DNA of 64,000 nucleotides from Bacteroidota bacterium. GTDB lineage: Bacteria > Bacteroidota > Bacteroidia > Bacteroidales > UBA12077. The DNA lies in NCBI GenBank assembly GCA_020444275.1, contig JAHLLG010000006.1, positions 12,316 to 76,315 on the forward strand. The letters are read 5' to 3'. Positions within the stretch are counted from its first letter, which is position 1. The number at the start of each line of letters is the position of its first letter. Below are positions 36,398 to 47,899 of this stretch, piece after piece. The notes under the pieces are model-generated. The model saw nothing but the letters and a program-made list of their open reading frames with translations, searched no databases and was not told where the DNA came from. The translations under genes were made by a program, and so were the position numbers.

Positions 36398-37417
36398 TTA
36401 AAGAGCAGATTTGAATTGGTCTAAAAACCGCACATCGTTCTCGAAATAAAGGCGAAGATCATTAACTCCATACTTAAGCATAGTAATTCGCTCTATTCCC
36501 ATACCAAATGCAAAACCGGTATATTTTTTACTATCAATACCACAGGAATCTAAAACATTAGGATCGACCATACCACAACCTAATATTTCGAGCCATCCGG
36601 TGTATTTGCAAACATTACAACCTTTACCACCACAAATATTACATGCTACATCCATTTCGGCTGATGGTTCGGTAAAAGGAAAGAATGACGGACGCAAACG
36701 AATTTCTGTTTGTTCTCCAAACATCTCTTTGGCAAAATATAGCAAGGTTTGTTTTAGATCTGCAAATGAAACATTTTCATCAATATATAAACCTTCAACC
36801 TGATGAAAAATACAATGTGCACGTGCACTTATTGCTTCGTTTCTAAAAACTCTGCCGGGCGAAATTGTACGAATCGGAGGTTGGGAATTTTCCATAACGC
36901 GAACTTGTACCGATGAGGTGTGAGTTCGTAATAAAATATCAGGATTTTTTTCAATAAAAAACGTGTCCTGCATATCTCTCGCTGGATGTTCTTCAGGAAA
37001 ATTTAAAGCTGAGAATACGTGCCAGTCGTCTTCAATTTCTGGTCCTTCGGAAATGGTAAATCCTAAACGTTTAAAAATATCGATAATTTCATTTCTTACT
37101 ACTGAAATAGGATGACGTGTGCCTAATTGTATTGGATCACCTGGTAAGCTGGTATCAATCTTAGAAGATGAATCAACAGCATTTTCAAGGTTTTCTTTCA
37201 ATTTGTTCACCTTCTCTTGAATAGTAATTTTAAGCTCATTTAATTTTTGTCCAACTTCTTTTTTGTTTTCACGTGGAACGTTTTTAAACTCTGCGAAAAG
37301 ATCATTTACTAATCCCTTCTTTCCCATGTATTTAATACGAAATGCTTCTATTTCGTCTAATGTAGTTGCTACAAACTCTTTGGTTTCTTCTAAATACTTA
37401 TTAATCTTTTCAATCAT
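36398..37417 (-). CDS. pheS: Phenylalanine--tRNA ligase alpha subunit
   Basis: Class II motifs HPARDMQDTFF, FRNEAISARAHCIFHQVEG and GFAFGMGIERI. Confidence 0.95.
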   Translation of the reverse strand: MIEKINKYLEETKEFVATTLDEIEAFRIKYMGKKGLVNDLFAEFKNVPRENKKEVGQKLNELKITIQEKVNKLKENLENAVDSSSKIDTSLPGDPIQLGTRHPISVVRNEIIDIFKRLGFTISEGPEIEDDWHVFSALNFPEEHPARDMQDTFFIEKNPDILLRTHTSSVQVRVMENSQPPIRTISPGRVFRNEAISARAHCIFHQVEGLYIDENVSFADLKQTLLYFAKEMFGEQTEIRLRPSFFPFTEPSAEMDVACNICGGKGCNVCKYTGWLEILGCGMVDPNVLDSCGIDSKKYTGFAFGMGIERITMLKYGVNDLRLYFENDVRFLDQFKSAL

Positions 37418-37427
37418 ATGGATATCG

Positions 37428-38237
37428 TTATAACTTTTTAATTTTCATTTTAACATCTTTTACTGGTCGATCGTTTTCGTCAGTTTCAACTGCAGCAATT
37501 TTATCAATTACCTCCAAACCTTCTATTACTTCGCCAAATACTGTATACGCATTGTCTAAATGTGGAGTTCCTCCAATGGTTTGATATACTTTTCGTTTAA
37601 AACCAGGAATTTTATAATAACCTTGTTTTTTAAATTCCTCTTCGGCTTTTTTTCTGGCATCAGGAACAATAACCTGATAATCAACTATTCCTCCGGTATT
37701 AAAAGCTTCTTCTTTTGCTTCTTCAATATGTTTTGTGATTAAATTATTTAAACGAGTAGCATTAATACGGTCTTCAACTTTTTCTATATCTTCATCGGTA
37801 AATACTTTCCCCTGAACAATATAAAATTGAGAGCCTGATGATCGCATTTCAGGATTAACATTATCTCCTTCGCGTGCTGCTGCAATTACACCTTTTTTAT
37901 GAAAAATAGTATCAACAAATTCGGCAGGAATCGTATAACCAGGTCCGCCATTTCCTAACATTTCACCTGGCGCAGCATTACGAGAATCAGGATCACCGCC
38001 CTGAATCATAAAACTATCTATTACCCGATGAAAAAGTAGTCCATCAAAATAACCTTGGTTTATTAACTTTTCAAAGTTTGCTTTGTGCAAAGGTGTAGCA
38101 TCGTAAAGCTTAAAAATCATATCACCATATATGGTTTCAATTTTATAAAGCTGGTCTTCTTTTTTCTCTTTCTTTTCCGTTGTACAAGAAAGTAAAAATA
38201 CAGTTAATGCTAATGATACGAATAGAATCTTTTTCAT
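37428..38237 (-). CDS. Cyclophilin-type peptidyl-prolyl isomerase, lipoprotein, with ~70-aa insertion
   Basis: Lipobox LLSC, FHRVIDSFMIQGGDP, SQFYIV, and TVFGEVIEG. Confidence 0.88.
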   Translation of the reverse strand: MKKILFVSLALTVFLLSCTTEKKEKKEDQLYKIETIYGDMIFKLYDATPLHKANFEKLINQGYFDGLLFHRVIDSFMIQGGDPDSRNAAPGEMLGNGGPGYTIPAEFVDTIFHKKGVIAAAREGDNVNPEMRSSGSQFYIVQGKVFTDEDIEKVEDRINATRLNNLITKHIEEAKEEAFNTGGIVDYQVIVPDARKKAEEEFKKQGYYKIPGFKRKVYQTIGGTPHLDNAYTVFGEVIEGLEVIDKIAAVETDENDRPVKDVKMKIKKL

Positions 38238-38417
38238 AAGGTTGATTTTAAATAAACAACAAAAATAGAAACAAATACGAATTTATTAAAATACAGGGCT
38301 AATTAAATTACATATACTACAATATTTCGTTCAATTGTTAATAGATATAAATACAATAATTATGATAAAATGAATAAGAAGTTTTATTTTGTAAGATTAA
38401 ATTTTAAATAAACAGAA

Positions 38418-39881
38418 TTGAATCAAATAAAAAAACTCGCGGGGCAAACTGTTATTTACGGATTAAGTAACATGTTGGGTCGGTTTCTGAATTATTTGCT
38501 GGTACCATTGCATACACTTGTACTTGGTAAATTTTATTATGGTAAATTAACATTTATCTATAGTAGCATAGCCATACTTCTCGTAATATTAACGTATGGA
38601 TTAGAGACGGGGTTTTTTCGTTTTGCCAGTAAAAAAGATGAAGATTACAATAAAGTTTTAGGTACAAGTTTGTATTCAATTTTAACAACTACATCGCTTT
38701 TTATCCTAATTTCTGTTTTACTTAAAAATGTTTGGCAAGGCTATTTTGAAGTCAACCAGGTAAAAATTGTATTCTATTTTATTTTTATACTGGCATTCGA
38801 TGTTCTCAATGCGATACCTTTTGCAAAGTTGCGTATTGATGAACGCCCTGTAAAGTTTATGTTCATAAAGCTATTAGGTATATTTATAAATATTCTGTTA
38901 AATCTATTCTATCTGGTACTTTGCAGAAAACTTTCTGAAGCTGGCGATACAGGTTTTTTAGCTAATATCTATAATGAAGAATTAGTTCTCGATTATGTTT
39001 TAATAGCAAATCTGATAAGTAGTGCCGTAATGTTCATCGCGTTATTACCGGAAATTATTAAGGTTAATCCTTCTTTCGATATAAAATTACTAAAAAGGTT
39101 GTTAAACTATTCATTTCCAATTTTAATGATCGGCCTTGCAGGAATGTTAAATGATAACATCGATAAAATTTTAATTCCGGAATTAATTAACGATCCAAAT
39201 CCGGTCGAACAGTTGGGTATTTACGGAGCCAATTTTAAGCTTTCTATTTTAATGGTATTATTTATTCAAATGTTCAGGTATGCTGCGGAACCATTCTTTT
39301 TTAAGAATGCAGAAAATAAAAATGCAAAAAAATTGTACGCCGATGTTATGAACTATTTTATCATATTTGGTTTGCTCATTTTTTTAGGTGTAATGTTTTA
39401 TATTGATATTCTTAAATATTTTATTGCTGAAGAATTTAGAGAAGGCTTATTCATAGTTCCGATTTTGCTTATTGCTAAATTAATTTACGGAGTAGTATTT
39501 AGTTTATCTATATGGTATAAAATTACAGACAAAACAAAATATGGTATTATTGTTGCTGTGACCGGAGCCGTAATTACAATTGTTTTAAATATTGTTTTAT
39601 TACCAAGAATCGGTTATTTGGGATCAGCATATGCTAGCCTGGCAAGTTATTCAGTAATGTTAGTTGTTTCTTATTTATTAAGCAGAAAACACTATCTAAT
39701 AAACTATAATTTTAAAAAAATACTGTTTTATGTAATGATGGCGTTTGTACTATTTGTAGTGAGTAAAGTAATTAAAATTGATAAACAGATTATTCAATAT
39801 ATTATGAACACACTGATGATAATAGGATTTATGGGAATTGCCTATTTGATCGAAAAAAAATCTTTTATACATGAAAGTTAA
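38418..39881 (+). CDS. Polysaccharide/oligosaccharide flippase (MOP/Wzx family)
   Basis: 487 aa and about 14 TM helices. TTG start; the N-terminus [27 protein letters not shown] is typical of the family. Confidence 0.75.
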   Translation: MNQIKKLAGQTVIYGLSNMLGRFLNYLLVPLHTLVLGKFYYGKLTFIYSSIAILLVILTYGLETGFFRFASKKDEDYNKVLGTSLYSILTTTSLFILISVLLKNVWQGYFEVNQVKIVFYFIFILAFDVLNAIPFAKLRIDERPVKFMFIKLLGIFINILLNLFYLVLCRKLSEAGDTGFLANIYNEELVLDYVLIANLISSAVMFIALLPEIIKVNPSFDIKLLKRLLNYSFPILMIGLAGMLNDNIDKILIPELINDPNPVEQLGIYGANFKLSILMVLFIQMFRYAAEPFFFKNAENKNAKKLYADVMNYFIIFGLLIFLGVMFYIDILKYFIAEEFREGLFIVPILLIAKLIYGVVFSLSIWYKITDKTKYGIIVAVTGAVITIVLNIVLLPRIGYLGSAYASLASYSVMLVVSYLLSRKHYLINYNFKKILFYVMMAFVLFVVSKVIKIDKQIIQYIMNTLMIIGFMGIAYLIEKKSFIHES

Positions 39882-40305
39882 TATTGTAAACAAATCAAAC
39901 AATGATTTACCTGGTTATAGTACGGATCATTCTGCCGGAATGGATTTAAGAGCCTACTTAAAAGAACCCGTTATATTAAAACCATTGGAAAGAGCTTTAA
40001 TTCCGACAGGCTTATATATCGAATTACCCGTTGGTTACGAAGCGCAGGTGAGACCACGCAGTGGACTCGCATTAAAAAAAGGAATATCGGTTCTAAACAC
40101 TCCGGGAACAATCGATGCTGATTACAGAGGTGAGATTGGAGTGATCTTAATAAATTTATCTAACCAGGAGGTGAAAATTGAAAGTGGTGAAAGAATATGC
40201 CAAATGGTGATTGCAAAACACGAACAGGCGGAATTGATAAACGTTGAAGTACTAAATGAAACTAAAAGAGGAGCAGGGGGTTTTGGAAGTACTGGAGTAA
40301 AATAG
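39871..40305 (+). CDS. dut: dUTP diphosphatase
   Basis: [23 protein letters not shown], and [10 protein letters not shown]. Confidence 0.95.
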   Translation: MKVNIVNKSNNDLPGYSTDHSAGMDLRAYLKEPVILKPLERALIPTGLYIELPVGYEAQVRPRSGLALKKGISVLNTPGTIDADYRGEIGVILINLSNQEVKIESGERICQMVIAKHEQAELINVEVLNETKRGAGGFGSTGVK

Positions 40306-40396
40306 AAATCTTAAATAGTGTTAAAATTCAAATTATCTAAACTTAAGGTATTTAATTTGCGTTAGGTTGTAGTTAAAATGAATTAAATATAGAAGT

Positions 40397-42127
40397 ATGA
40401 GAGTAAAACAAGTTATACTTATAATCTTAGTATTGTTGGTATCTGTGTCGTGCAGTAGTTATAAGTCAGTTAATAGGGCAAAAGGCAAAGAAATAAAGCA
40501 GATCAAAAGTAACAAAGATCAACAGTACTATTATGTATTTATAGAGGCAAATCGAAAAAAAATACTGGGAGATTTAAGCGGAGCACTGGAATTATACTAC
40601 GAATGTTTAAAAATCAAACCTGATGCAGCTGCAGCAATGTACGAAATATCGAATATTAATACTATCTTAAAAAATTACGATACTGCTGTAAAGTATGCCA
40701 AGATGGCTACAGATAATGATCAGGAAAATAAGTGGTACCAATTAAATCTTGCCGAATTATTAATTGCTACCAAAAAATATGAAGAAGCTATAAAGGTTTA
40801 TGAAAAGGCTTATGCGTTAGATCAAAAAGATTTGGAAATACCCTATAAACTTGCCGCGCTGTATACTCATGTTAAAAATTATGAGCGAGCTATTCAACTA
40901 TACAACGAAATAGAAAGTTCATTAGGCATACATGAAAGTCTCTCATTGGCAAAACAACAGCTATATTATAACTTAGGACAAAAAACTAAGGCATACGAGG
41001 AGATAGAAAATCTTATTGAACACTATCCCGGAGAACCTAGATACTATGGAATATTGGCAGAAATGTATACGAATGATAATTTATTTATTAAAGCACAAGA
41101 AAATTACGATAAGTTATTTACTATCGATAGTACAAATCAACTTGGATTGTTATCTATAATTGACTTCTATAGAAAAAAAATGGATTATGATAATGCCTTT
41201 AAAACCGTCCGAAAGGTTATTGACCATAAACAAATTGATTATAATCAGAAAGTAATTGTTCTGGTATCTATTCTTAATACAAGAAGTGAGTTTAATATAT
41301 ATAATCAGCAGATAAAGGAATTATTGACGTACTTAAAAGAAAAATATCCGGACAAAAAAGATTCATACACATTGTACGCCGACTATTTAATCAAGATGAA
41401 CGAGCTTGAAAAAGCTAAAACTGAAATAGAATTTATTCTTAATAATTTTGAAGGTAATATCGCGTTATGGGAACAATTACTATATATCTATAGTTACAAT
41501 AACAATTTTGACACACTATATACACAATCAAAAGCGGCTATCGATAGCTTTCCCGACCACGACATTTTTTACCTTTTTAATGGCATTTCAGCAAACCAAA
41601 CAGGAAAAACAAAGGAAGCTATCAAATCGTTGGTAAAGGGCTTAAATCTTACTAAAACAGACGAAATTAAGATCGACTTTTATGCGAACCTTGGCGAAGC
41701 ATATCATGATAATGGAGAATATGAAAAATCTGATTATTACTTTGATTTAGTATTAAAGGCGCAACCTGATAATTTGTATATTAGAAATAATTATGCATAC
41801 TATTTGTCTTTGCGCGGAGAAAAACTTGAATATGCTGAGTCACTAAGTAAAGTAACCGTACAGAAAGAACCTAATAATAGCACCTATTTAGACACATATG
41901 CCTGGATATTGTTTAAACTGGAACGATATCAGGATGCATTGTTTTATATAAAAAGAGCTTTTGAGAGAGGTGGTGCAGAAAGTAATGTAATTGTAGAACA
42001 TTATGGTGACATTATGTATAAAGTGGGAAATGTTGATGCAGCAGTGGAACTGTGGAAATTATCAAAAGAATTGGGAAACGCAAGTAAACAGTTAATAGAA
42101 AAAATTGAAAAAAAATCCCTTAATTAG
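40397..42127 (+). CDS. TPR-repeat lipoprotein
   Basis: Lipobox LVSVSCSS and repeated 34-aa A..YY..A helical motifs throughout. Confidence 0.75.
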   Translation: MRVKQVILIILVLLVSVSCSSYKSVNRAKGKEIKQIKSNKDQQYYYVFIEANRKKILGDLSGALELYYECLKIKPDAAAAMYEISNINTILKNYDTAVKYAKMATDNDQENKWYQLNLAELLIATKKYEEAIKVYEKAYALDQKDLEIPYKLAALYTHVKNYERAIQLYNEIESSLGIHESLSLAKQQLYYNLGQKTKAYEEIENLIEHYPGEPRYYGILAEMYTNDNLFIKAQENYDKLFTIDSTNQLGLLSIIDFYRKKMDYDNAFKTVRKVIDHKQIDYNQKVIVLVSILNTRSEFNIYNQQIKELLTYLKEKYPDKKDSYTLYADYLIKMNELEKAKTEIEFILNNFEGNIALWEQLLYIYSYNNNFDTLYTQSKAAIDSFPDHDIFYLFNGISANQTGKTKEAIKSLVKGLNLTKTDEIKIDFYANLGEAYHDNGEYEKSDYYFDLVLKAQPDNLYIRNNYAYYLSLRGEKLEYAESLSKVTVQKEPNNSTYLDTYAWILFKLERYQDALFYIKRAFERGGAESNVIVEHYGDIMYKVGNVDAAVELWKLSKELGNASKQLIEKIEKKSLN

Positions 42128-42148
42128 TATAAAATATTACATTAAAAA

Positions 42149-43342
42149 ATGAGGAATTCGTCAACTAAGATCCTTTTACTGTCTGTTATCATGCTATTTA
42201 GTTTTGTAATAGCGACAGCACAAACCAAAGATGAACTGCAAAAGAAAAAGCAAAAAACGGAAGAGGATCTTAGATTAACCAATCAACTTTTACAACAAAC
42301 TGAAAAAACGAAATCAGCAGGATTAAATAAGTTGCTTATCATTAAGAAAAGAATAAGTTTACGTGAGAAGCTTATCAATGAAATTTCGCAGCAAATTAAT
42401 ATGCTTGACAATGAAATTGAGCAAAATACAGAACGAATTATAAAGCTTGAAAATGAGCTAAAGCAACTAAAACAAGAGTATGCTAAAATGATTTATTTTG
42501 CCTATAAAAACAGAAATAACTACGATAGGTTAATGTTTATTTTAGCCTCGGAAGATTTTAATCAGGCCTATCGAAGAATGAAATATTTTCAACAATACAC
42601 GAAGTATAGAAAAAAACAGGCAGAGAAGATTCTTATCACTCAGAAAAATTTGGAATATGAAACGGAACAATTAAAAGAGCAGAGAAATGAAAAAATCATG
42701 TTGTTATCAAGTAAGGAGAGGGAGAAAGCACATTTAAGTTCCGAAAAGGTTAAGGAAAACCAGGAAGTTGCGCGTTTAAAACGAAAAGAACAGGAATTAA
42801 GAAATAAAATACGCGAAAATCAGCGGGTAATGAAGCAATTGGAAAATGCAATTGCTGAATTAATAGCAAGAGAGGCAAAAGAAAATAAAACATATAAAAC
42901 ATTATCAGCAGAAGAGGAACTTATTTCTCAGCAATTCAAAAGTAACAGAGGCAGACTCATTTGGCCGATCGATAACGGAGTAATCATACGAGAGTTTGGT
43001 GAGCATCCACATCCGGTAATAAAAGGTGTAAAAATTAAAAACGACGGCATTGATATTGGCACAAATAAAGATGCTAAAGTAAAAGCTGTATTCGAAGGTG
43101 AGGTAAAAAATGTAATAGCGGTTCCCGGTGCAAATATGGCCGTAATTATACGGCACGGGCATTACCTTACGCTCTATTCAAACATTGTAAACGTTAGAGT
43201 AAAACCAGGAGATAAAGTTACTAAAGGTTATTATATTGGTGACGTATATTACACAGATAATGACGAAGGTTCGGTATTACATTTACGGGTATATGAAGAA
43301 ACCAAGGTGTTAAACCCAAAAAACTGGCTCTCGGGAATGTAA
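42149..43342 (+). CDS. Murein hydrolase activator / M23 peptidase family protein (EnvC-like)
   Basis: Signal peptide, ~230-aa coiled coil, and a C-terminal LytM domain (GIDIGT...AVFEGEV...GHYLTLYSN). Confidence 0.85.
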   Translation: MRNSSTKILLLSVIMLFSFVIATAQTKDELQKKKQKTEEDLRLTNQLLQQTEKTKSAGLNKLLIIKKRISLREKLINEISQQINMLDNEIEQNTERIIKLENELKQLKQEYAKMIYFAYKNRNNYDRLMFILASEDFNQAYRRMKYFQQYTKYRKKQAEKILITQKNLEYETEQLKEQRNEKIMLLSSKEREKAHLSSEKVKENQEVARLKRKEQELRNKIRENQRVMKQLENAIAELIAREAKENKTYKTLSAEEELISQQFKSNRGRLIWPIDNGVIIREFGEHPHPVIKGVKIKNDGIDIGTNKDAKVKAVFEGEVKNVIAVPGANMAVIIRHGHYLTLYSNIVNVRVKPGDKVTKGYYIGDVYYTDNDEGSVLHLRVYEETKVLNPKNWLSGM

Positions 43343-43467
43343 ATATCATTAAAAACGCTATCTTTGAGAAAAATATATAGCAAAACGTAACAAATTGAAA
43401 ATATATAAGTATACAACGGTAATTGTATAACTTAAAGACAATTGACGTGCTAACATCAGTAATAAAA

Positions 43468-43866
43468 ATGGAAAAAAGCATTTTAATAGAGTCAAAAATC
43501 GAAAACATTAATAAGATCGAAAAGATTATTGATGAGGTTTCGGAAGAGGCTAAAATAAATTCTGAAGTTTATGGTAAAATGTTAATAGCAACCGTTGAAG
43601 CGGTTAACAATTCCATTGTACACGGTAATAAAGAAGATGATTCTAAAACAGTAAAAGTAGAATTTGTAATTGTCGACGATACCATTAGTATTTTTATCGA
43701 AGATGAGGGTCCAGGGTTTAACTTTTACAATGTTCCAGATCCAACAACTCCTGAAAATATAGAAAACATACACGGAAGGGGAGTTTACTTAATGAAACAT
43801 CTCGCTGATGATGTTATTTTCCACGGGAAAGGAAATCGGGTTGAAATAAAATTCAACTTAAAATAA
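43468..43866 (+). CDS. Anti-sigma-factor-type serine kinase-like ATPase (RsbW/SpoIIAB-like HATPase)
   Basis: VEAVNNSIVHGN, IEDEGPGFN, and HGRGVYLMKHLADDV. The ORF opens at a TTG at 43423; the ATG at 43468 is preferred. Confidence 0.65.
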   Translation: MEKSILIESKIENINKIEKIIDEVSEEAKINSEVYGKMLIATVEAVNNSIVHGNKEDDSKTVKVEFVIVDDTISIFIEDEGPGFNFYNVPDPTTPENIENIHGRGVYLMKHLADDVIFHGKGNRVEIKFNLK

Positions 43867-43867
43867 A

Positions 43868-44293
43868 ATGCCAGTAAAGTTTTTTAACGAAGACTATTCT
43901 TACCAACTAAAAAGCAAAAAGATATTAAAATTATGGATAGATAAAGCTATCCACGAAGAGGGTTACCAACAAGGTGACATCAATTTTATATTTACTTCAG
44001 ATAAGTATTTGTTAGACATTAATAAAAAATATCTTAATCATAATTATTATACCGATATAGTTACCTTCAACTATTGCATTAATTCCACAATAAACGGCGA
44101 TATTTTTATAAGTATTGAAACCGTTAAGAACAATTCGAAGCGTTTTGGTGTTAACATGATTGAAGAATTACATCGGGTTATTATACATGGAATTCTTCAT
44201 TTGATTGGTTTCGACGATCAAAATGACACGCAAAAAGCGTTGATGAGAGAAAAAGAGAATTATTATTTAGATAGATTGAAAAATCTTTTCTAA
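43868..44293 (+). CDS. ybeY: rRNA maturation RNase YbeY
   Basis: Zinc motif HGILHLIGFDD. Confidence 0.92.
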   Translation: MPVKFFNEDYSYQLKSKKILKLWIDKAIHEEGYQQGDINFIFTSDKYLLDINKKYLNHNYYTDIVTFNYCINSTINGDIFISIETVKNNSKRFGVNMIEELHRVIIHGILHLIGFDDQNDTQKALMREKENYYLDRLKNLF

Positions 44294-44322
44294 TTTTCCG
44301 AAAATTTTAAATAGATAAATGT

Positions 44323-46197
44323 ATGTTGCCAGAGTATGATGTTATTGTGGTAGGTGGTGGACATTCAGGATGCGAAGCAGCAGCTGCAGCAGCCAATATG
44401 GGTTCAAAAACATTGTTAATTACAATGGACATGACCAAGTATGCTCAAATGTCATGTAACCCGGCAATGGGTGGAATAGCCAAAGGGCAGATTGTAAAGG
44501 AAATTGATGCGCTAGGCGGTTATTCGGGTATTGTAACGGATAAAAGTATGATCCAGTTCAGAATGTTGAATAGATCAAAAGGACCGGCAATGTGGAGCCC
44601 AAGAGCACAATGTGATAGAATGATTTTTTCTGCTGAATGGAGAAATATTTTAGAAAATGTAGAAAATCTGGATCTGTGGCAGGATTTAGTTACAGAACTA
44701 ATTATAAAAGATAGTACTGTTAAAGGAGTAAAAACAAAGCTCGGAATTACCTTTACATCAAAAACAGTAATTTTAACCAACGGAACATTTTTGAATGGAC
44801 TCATGCATGTTGGAAAAAAACAAGTTGAGGGAGGAAGAGCAGGTGAAGCTGCATCAAAAGGTTTATCTGAACAGTTAGCTGAACATGGATTCGAAGTAGG
44901 AAGAATGAAAACAGGCACACCTGCAAGAATAGATGGAAGAACGATTGACTTTTCTAAGGTTCAGGAGCAGGAAGGTGATGAGGAAGGTGGACAGTTCTCC
45001 TTTTTGGAACACGATTTTAAACCAATGAATCAACGCAGTTGTTATATTACATACACAGACAAAGAAGTTCACAGTATACTGGAAACCGGATTTAAGGAAT
45101 CACCATTGTTTAATGGAACGATTAATGGTGTCGGACCCAGATATTGTCCAAGCATAGAGGATAAAATTGTAACTTTTGCCGAAAAGGATAAACATCAGTT
45201 GTTTTTAGAACCAGAAGGAGTAACTACAAATGAGTATTATATTAATGGTTTTTCTTCATCGTTACCCTGGGAAGTTCAGTTAAAAGCCCTGAAAAAAATA
45301 CCCGGTTTAGAAAATGTTAAAATTTTCAGACCAGGTTATGCCATAGAATACGATTATTATCCACCAACCCAACTAAACCACACACTGGAAACAAAATTCA
45401 TATGCAATTTGTATTTTGCAGGTCAAATAAATGGTACTACAGGATATGAAGAGGCGGCTGCCCAAGGTATGATCGCAGGCATTAATGCTACACTAAAAGT
45501 GAAAGGTGAACCAGAGTTTAAACTCAACAGAGATCAGGCCTATATAGGTGTGCTTATTGACGATCTAGTTACAAAAGGCGTTGATGAACCCTACAGAATG
45601 TTTACCTCCAGAGCCGAGTATAGAATTTTATTACGACAAGATAACGCTGACCTGAGATTAACTGAGCTTTCTTATAAAATGGGATTGGCCAAAAAGGAAC
45701 GTTTTGAACTATTGAAAGAGAAGATAGCGGCTCGAGATGAAATCATCAAATTTATAAAGGAAACCAGTATTGCACCTGAAGACATTAATGAATATTTAGT
45801 CAGTGTTAATACCACCCCGCTTAAGCAAAAACGGAAATTACTTGACGTGGTGCTTAGACCACAGGTGAAGTTATCAGACATTATTGAAATAAACGAAGAG
45901 TTTAAGGGTATCGTAGAAGGCATAACACACAAACCCGATGAAATTATAGAATCAGCCGAAGTTCTCATAAAATATTCTGGATACATAGATCGCGAACAGC
46001 AAATGGCCGATAAACTCAAGAGATTGGAATATATAAAAATACCGGAAAACTTCAATTATGATGAAATTTCATCGCTATCAACAGAAGGAAGACAAAAGTT
46101 AAAAAAGGTAGCTCCGAGAAGTATCGGACAAGCTGCCAGAATCAGCGGCGTTTCGCCATCCGACATTAGTGTGCTTTTAGTATATATGGGTCGCTAG
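44323..46197 (+). CDS. mnmG: tRNA uridine-5-carboxymethylaminomethyl(34) synthesis enzyme MnmG
   Basis: [45 protein letters not shown]. Confidence 0.96.
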   Translation: MLPEYDVIVVGGGHSGCEAAAAAANMGSKTLLITMDMTKYAQMSCNPAMGGIAKGQIVKEIDALGGYSGIVTDKSMIQFRMLNRSKGPAMWSPRAQCDRMIFSAEWRNILENVENLDLWQDLVTELIIKDSTVKGVKTKLGITFTSKTVILTNGTFLNGLMHVGKKQVEGGRAGEAASKGLSEQLAEHGFEVGRMKTGTPARIDGRTIDFSKVQEQEGDEEGGQFSFLEHDFKPMNQRSCYITYTDKEVHSILETGFKESPLFNGTINGVGPRYCPSIEDKIVTFAEKDKHQLFLEPEGVTTNEYYINGFSSSLPWEVQLKALKKIPGLENVKIFRPGYAIEYDYYPPTQLNHTLETKFICNLYFAGQINGTTGYEEAAAQGMIAGINATLKVKGEPEFKLNRDQAYIGVLIDDLVTKGVDEPYRMFTSRAEYRILLRQDNADLRLTELSYKMGLAKKERFELLKEKIAARDEIIKFIKETSIAPEDINEYLVSVNTTPLKQKRKLLDVVLRPQVKLSDIIEINEEFKGIVEGITHKPDEIIESAEVLIKYSGYIDREQQMADKLKRLEYIKIPENFNYDEISSLSTEGRQKLKKVAPRSIGQAARISGVSPSDISVLLVYMGR

Positions 46198-46198
46198 T

Positions 46199-46247
46199 GT
46201 TCCACGTGGAACGCAATATGGTTTTATAAATTGGTTCCACGTGGAAC
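46199..46247. promoter_or_regulatory. Two copies of the perfect 14-bp palindrome GTTCCACGTGGAAC, centres 35 bp apart
   Basis: 46199-46212 and 46234-46247, in the 65-nt gap between the mnmG stop and the ade start. Confidence 0.5.
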
Positions 46248-46262
46248 TCTAAAAAATTTATC

Positions 46263-47897
46263 ATGAAAAACAGGCGTGTTATTTCGGGAAAGTTGGTTGA
46301 CATTGTTCAGCGCAGAATTTATAATGCCGAAGTTACCATATCAGATGGACAAATTAAAAAAATAGAAGAGGTTGATCAAAGCCAGGAAAACTACATAATC
46401 CCAGGCTTGGTCGATTCGCATGTGCATATTGAAAGTTCTATGCTTATACCAACAAGCTTTGCGAGGGCTGCAGTAAAAAATGGAACTGTAGCAACAGTTT
46501 CCGATCCGCACGAAATAGCCAATGTAATGGGTGTAAAGGGTGTTGAGTATATGATTGAAAATGGTAAAAAAAGTCCGTTTAAATTCTATTTTGGTGCGCC
46601 TTCATGTGTTCCTGCAACACCGTTTGAAACTTCAGGTGCTGTTATTAATGCTGAGCAAATTAAAACACTAATGAGTAATCCGGACATTTATTATTTAGCC
46701 GAAATGATGAATTTTCCCGGGGTTATTTATAATGATGAAGAAGTATTGAAAAAAATTAACTATGCACACGCTGCTAACAAACCGATAGATGGTCATGCTC
46801 CCGGACTAAGTGGTGAAGGATTGCAGAAATATGCCGATCAAAACATTTCTACCGATCATGAATGCACAACGGTTGATGAAGCGGTAGACAAAATAAAAAA
46901 AGGCATAATAATCCAAATAAGAGAAGGAAGTGCAGCCAAGGATTTTGAAAATTTATTTCCGCTAATTAAGAGTCACCCGGATAAAATCATGTTTTGTACC
47001 GACGATTGCCATCCGGATGATCTGGTAAAAGGACATATTAATAAAATAATTAGCAGAGCCGTCAAGAAAGGTGCGGATGTTTTTGATGTGATTACAGCAG
47101 CTACTAAAACTCCTAAAGAACATTACAAATTAAATAATGGCTTATTGCAAAAAGGAGATCCGGCCGATATCGTTCTGGTTGATAATTTGGAAGAATTTAA
47201 TCCTATTCAAACATATATTGATGGTAAGTTAGTATATGATAAAAACGAAGTTTTAATTGAGAAAACAAAAGAAAAACCGATTAACAATTTCAATTGTTCA
47301 ACCATCAAAACTGAGGATATACTTGTTAAAAATCAGGGAGAACATATTCAGGTAATCGTTGCAAAGGATGGCGATTTGTTAACAGGTAAGGAAACGATTA
47401 CACCTTCAGTTCAGAATGGAAAAATTATTGCTGATATCAACCGTGATATTTTAAAAATAGTGGTTGTAAATCGCTATCGTGACGAGAAACCACAGGTTGG
47501 TTTTATTAAAAATTTTAATTTGAAAAAGGGTGCTATAGCCGGAAGTATTGCGCACGATAGCCACAATATTATTGCCATTGGAACAAACGATCAAGATATT
47601 GTTAAAGCAGTAAATACTATAATTGAAAACAAGGGTGGAATTACTGCAGTTGAAGGTGATCATAGCAAATCGTTAGTACTGAATGTTGGTGGTTTAATGT
47701 CAACACAGGAAGCAGATGAAGTCGCAGATAAATATCATCAGGCGCACGCAATGGCTAAAGATTTCGGATCTGATTTAACAGCACCATTTATGACCATGGC
47801 TTTTATGGCTTTATTGGTAATTCCGGAATTAAAAATTGGCGATAAAGGATTATTTGATGTTTCAAAATTTGAATTTACTTCGTTGTTTGTAGAATAG
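46263..47897 (+). CDS. ade: Adenine deaminase
   Basis: Amidohydrolase motif GLVDSHVHIESS, IDGHAPG, TDHE, and the C-terminal adenine deaminase domain. Confidence 0.88.
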   Translation: MKNRRVISGKLVDIVQRRIYNAEVTISDGQIKKIEEVDQSQENYIIPGLVDSHVHIESSMLIPTSFARAAVKNGTVATVSDPHEIANVMGVKGVEYMIENGKKSPFKFYFGAPSCVPATPFETSGAVINAEQIKTLMSNPDIYYLAEMMNFPGVIYNDEEVLKKINYAHAANKPIDGHAPGLSGEGLQKYADQNISTDHECTTVDEAVDKIKKGIIIQIREGSAAKDFENLFPLIKSHPDKIMFCTDDCHPDDLVKGHINKIISRAVKKGADVFDVITAATKTPKEHYKLNNGLLQKGDPADIVLVDNLEEFNPIQTYIDGKLVYDKNEVLIEKTKEKPINNFNCSTIKTEDILVKNQGEHIQVIVAKDGDLLTGKETITPSVQNGKIIADINRDILKIVVVNRYRDEKPQVGFIKNFNLKKGAIAGSIAHDSHNIIAIGTNDQDIVKAVNTIIENKGGITAVEGDHSKSLVLNVGGLMSTQEADEVADKYHQAHAMAKDFGSDLTAPFMTMAFMALLVIPELKIGDKGLFDVSKFEFTSLFVE

Positions 47898-47899
47898 TA

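Noticed and set aside
43221-43508. ORF 43221..43508 (-), 95 aa
   Set aside because: It bridges the ends of two well-supported plus-strand genes on the antisense strand and is a shadow ORF.
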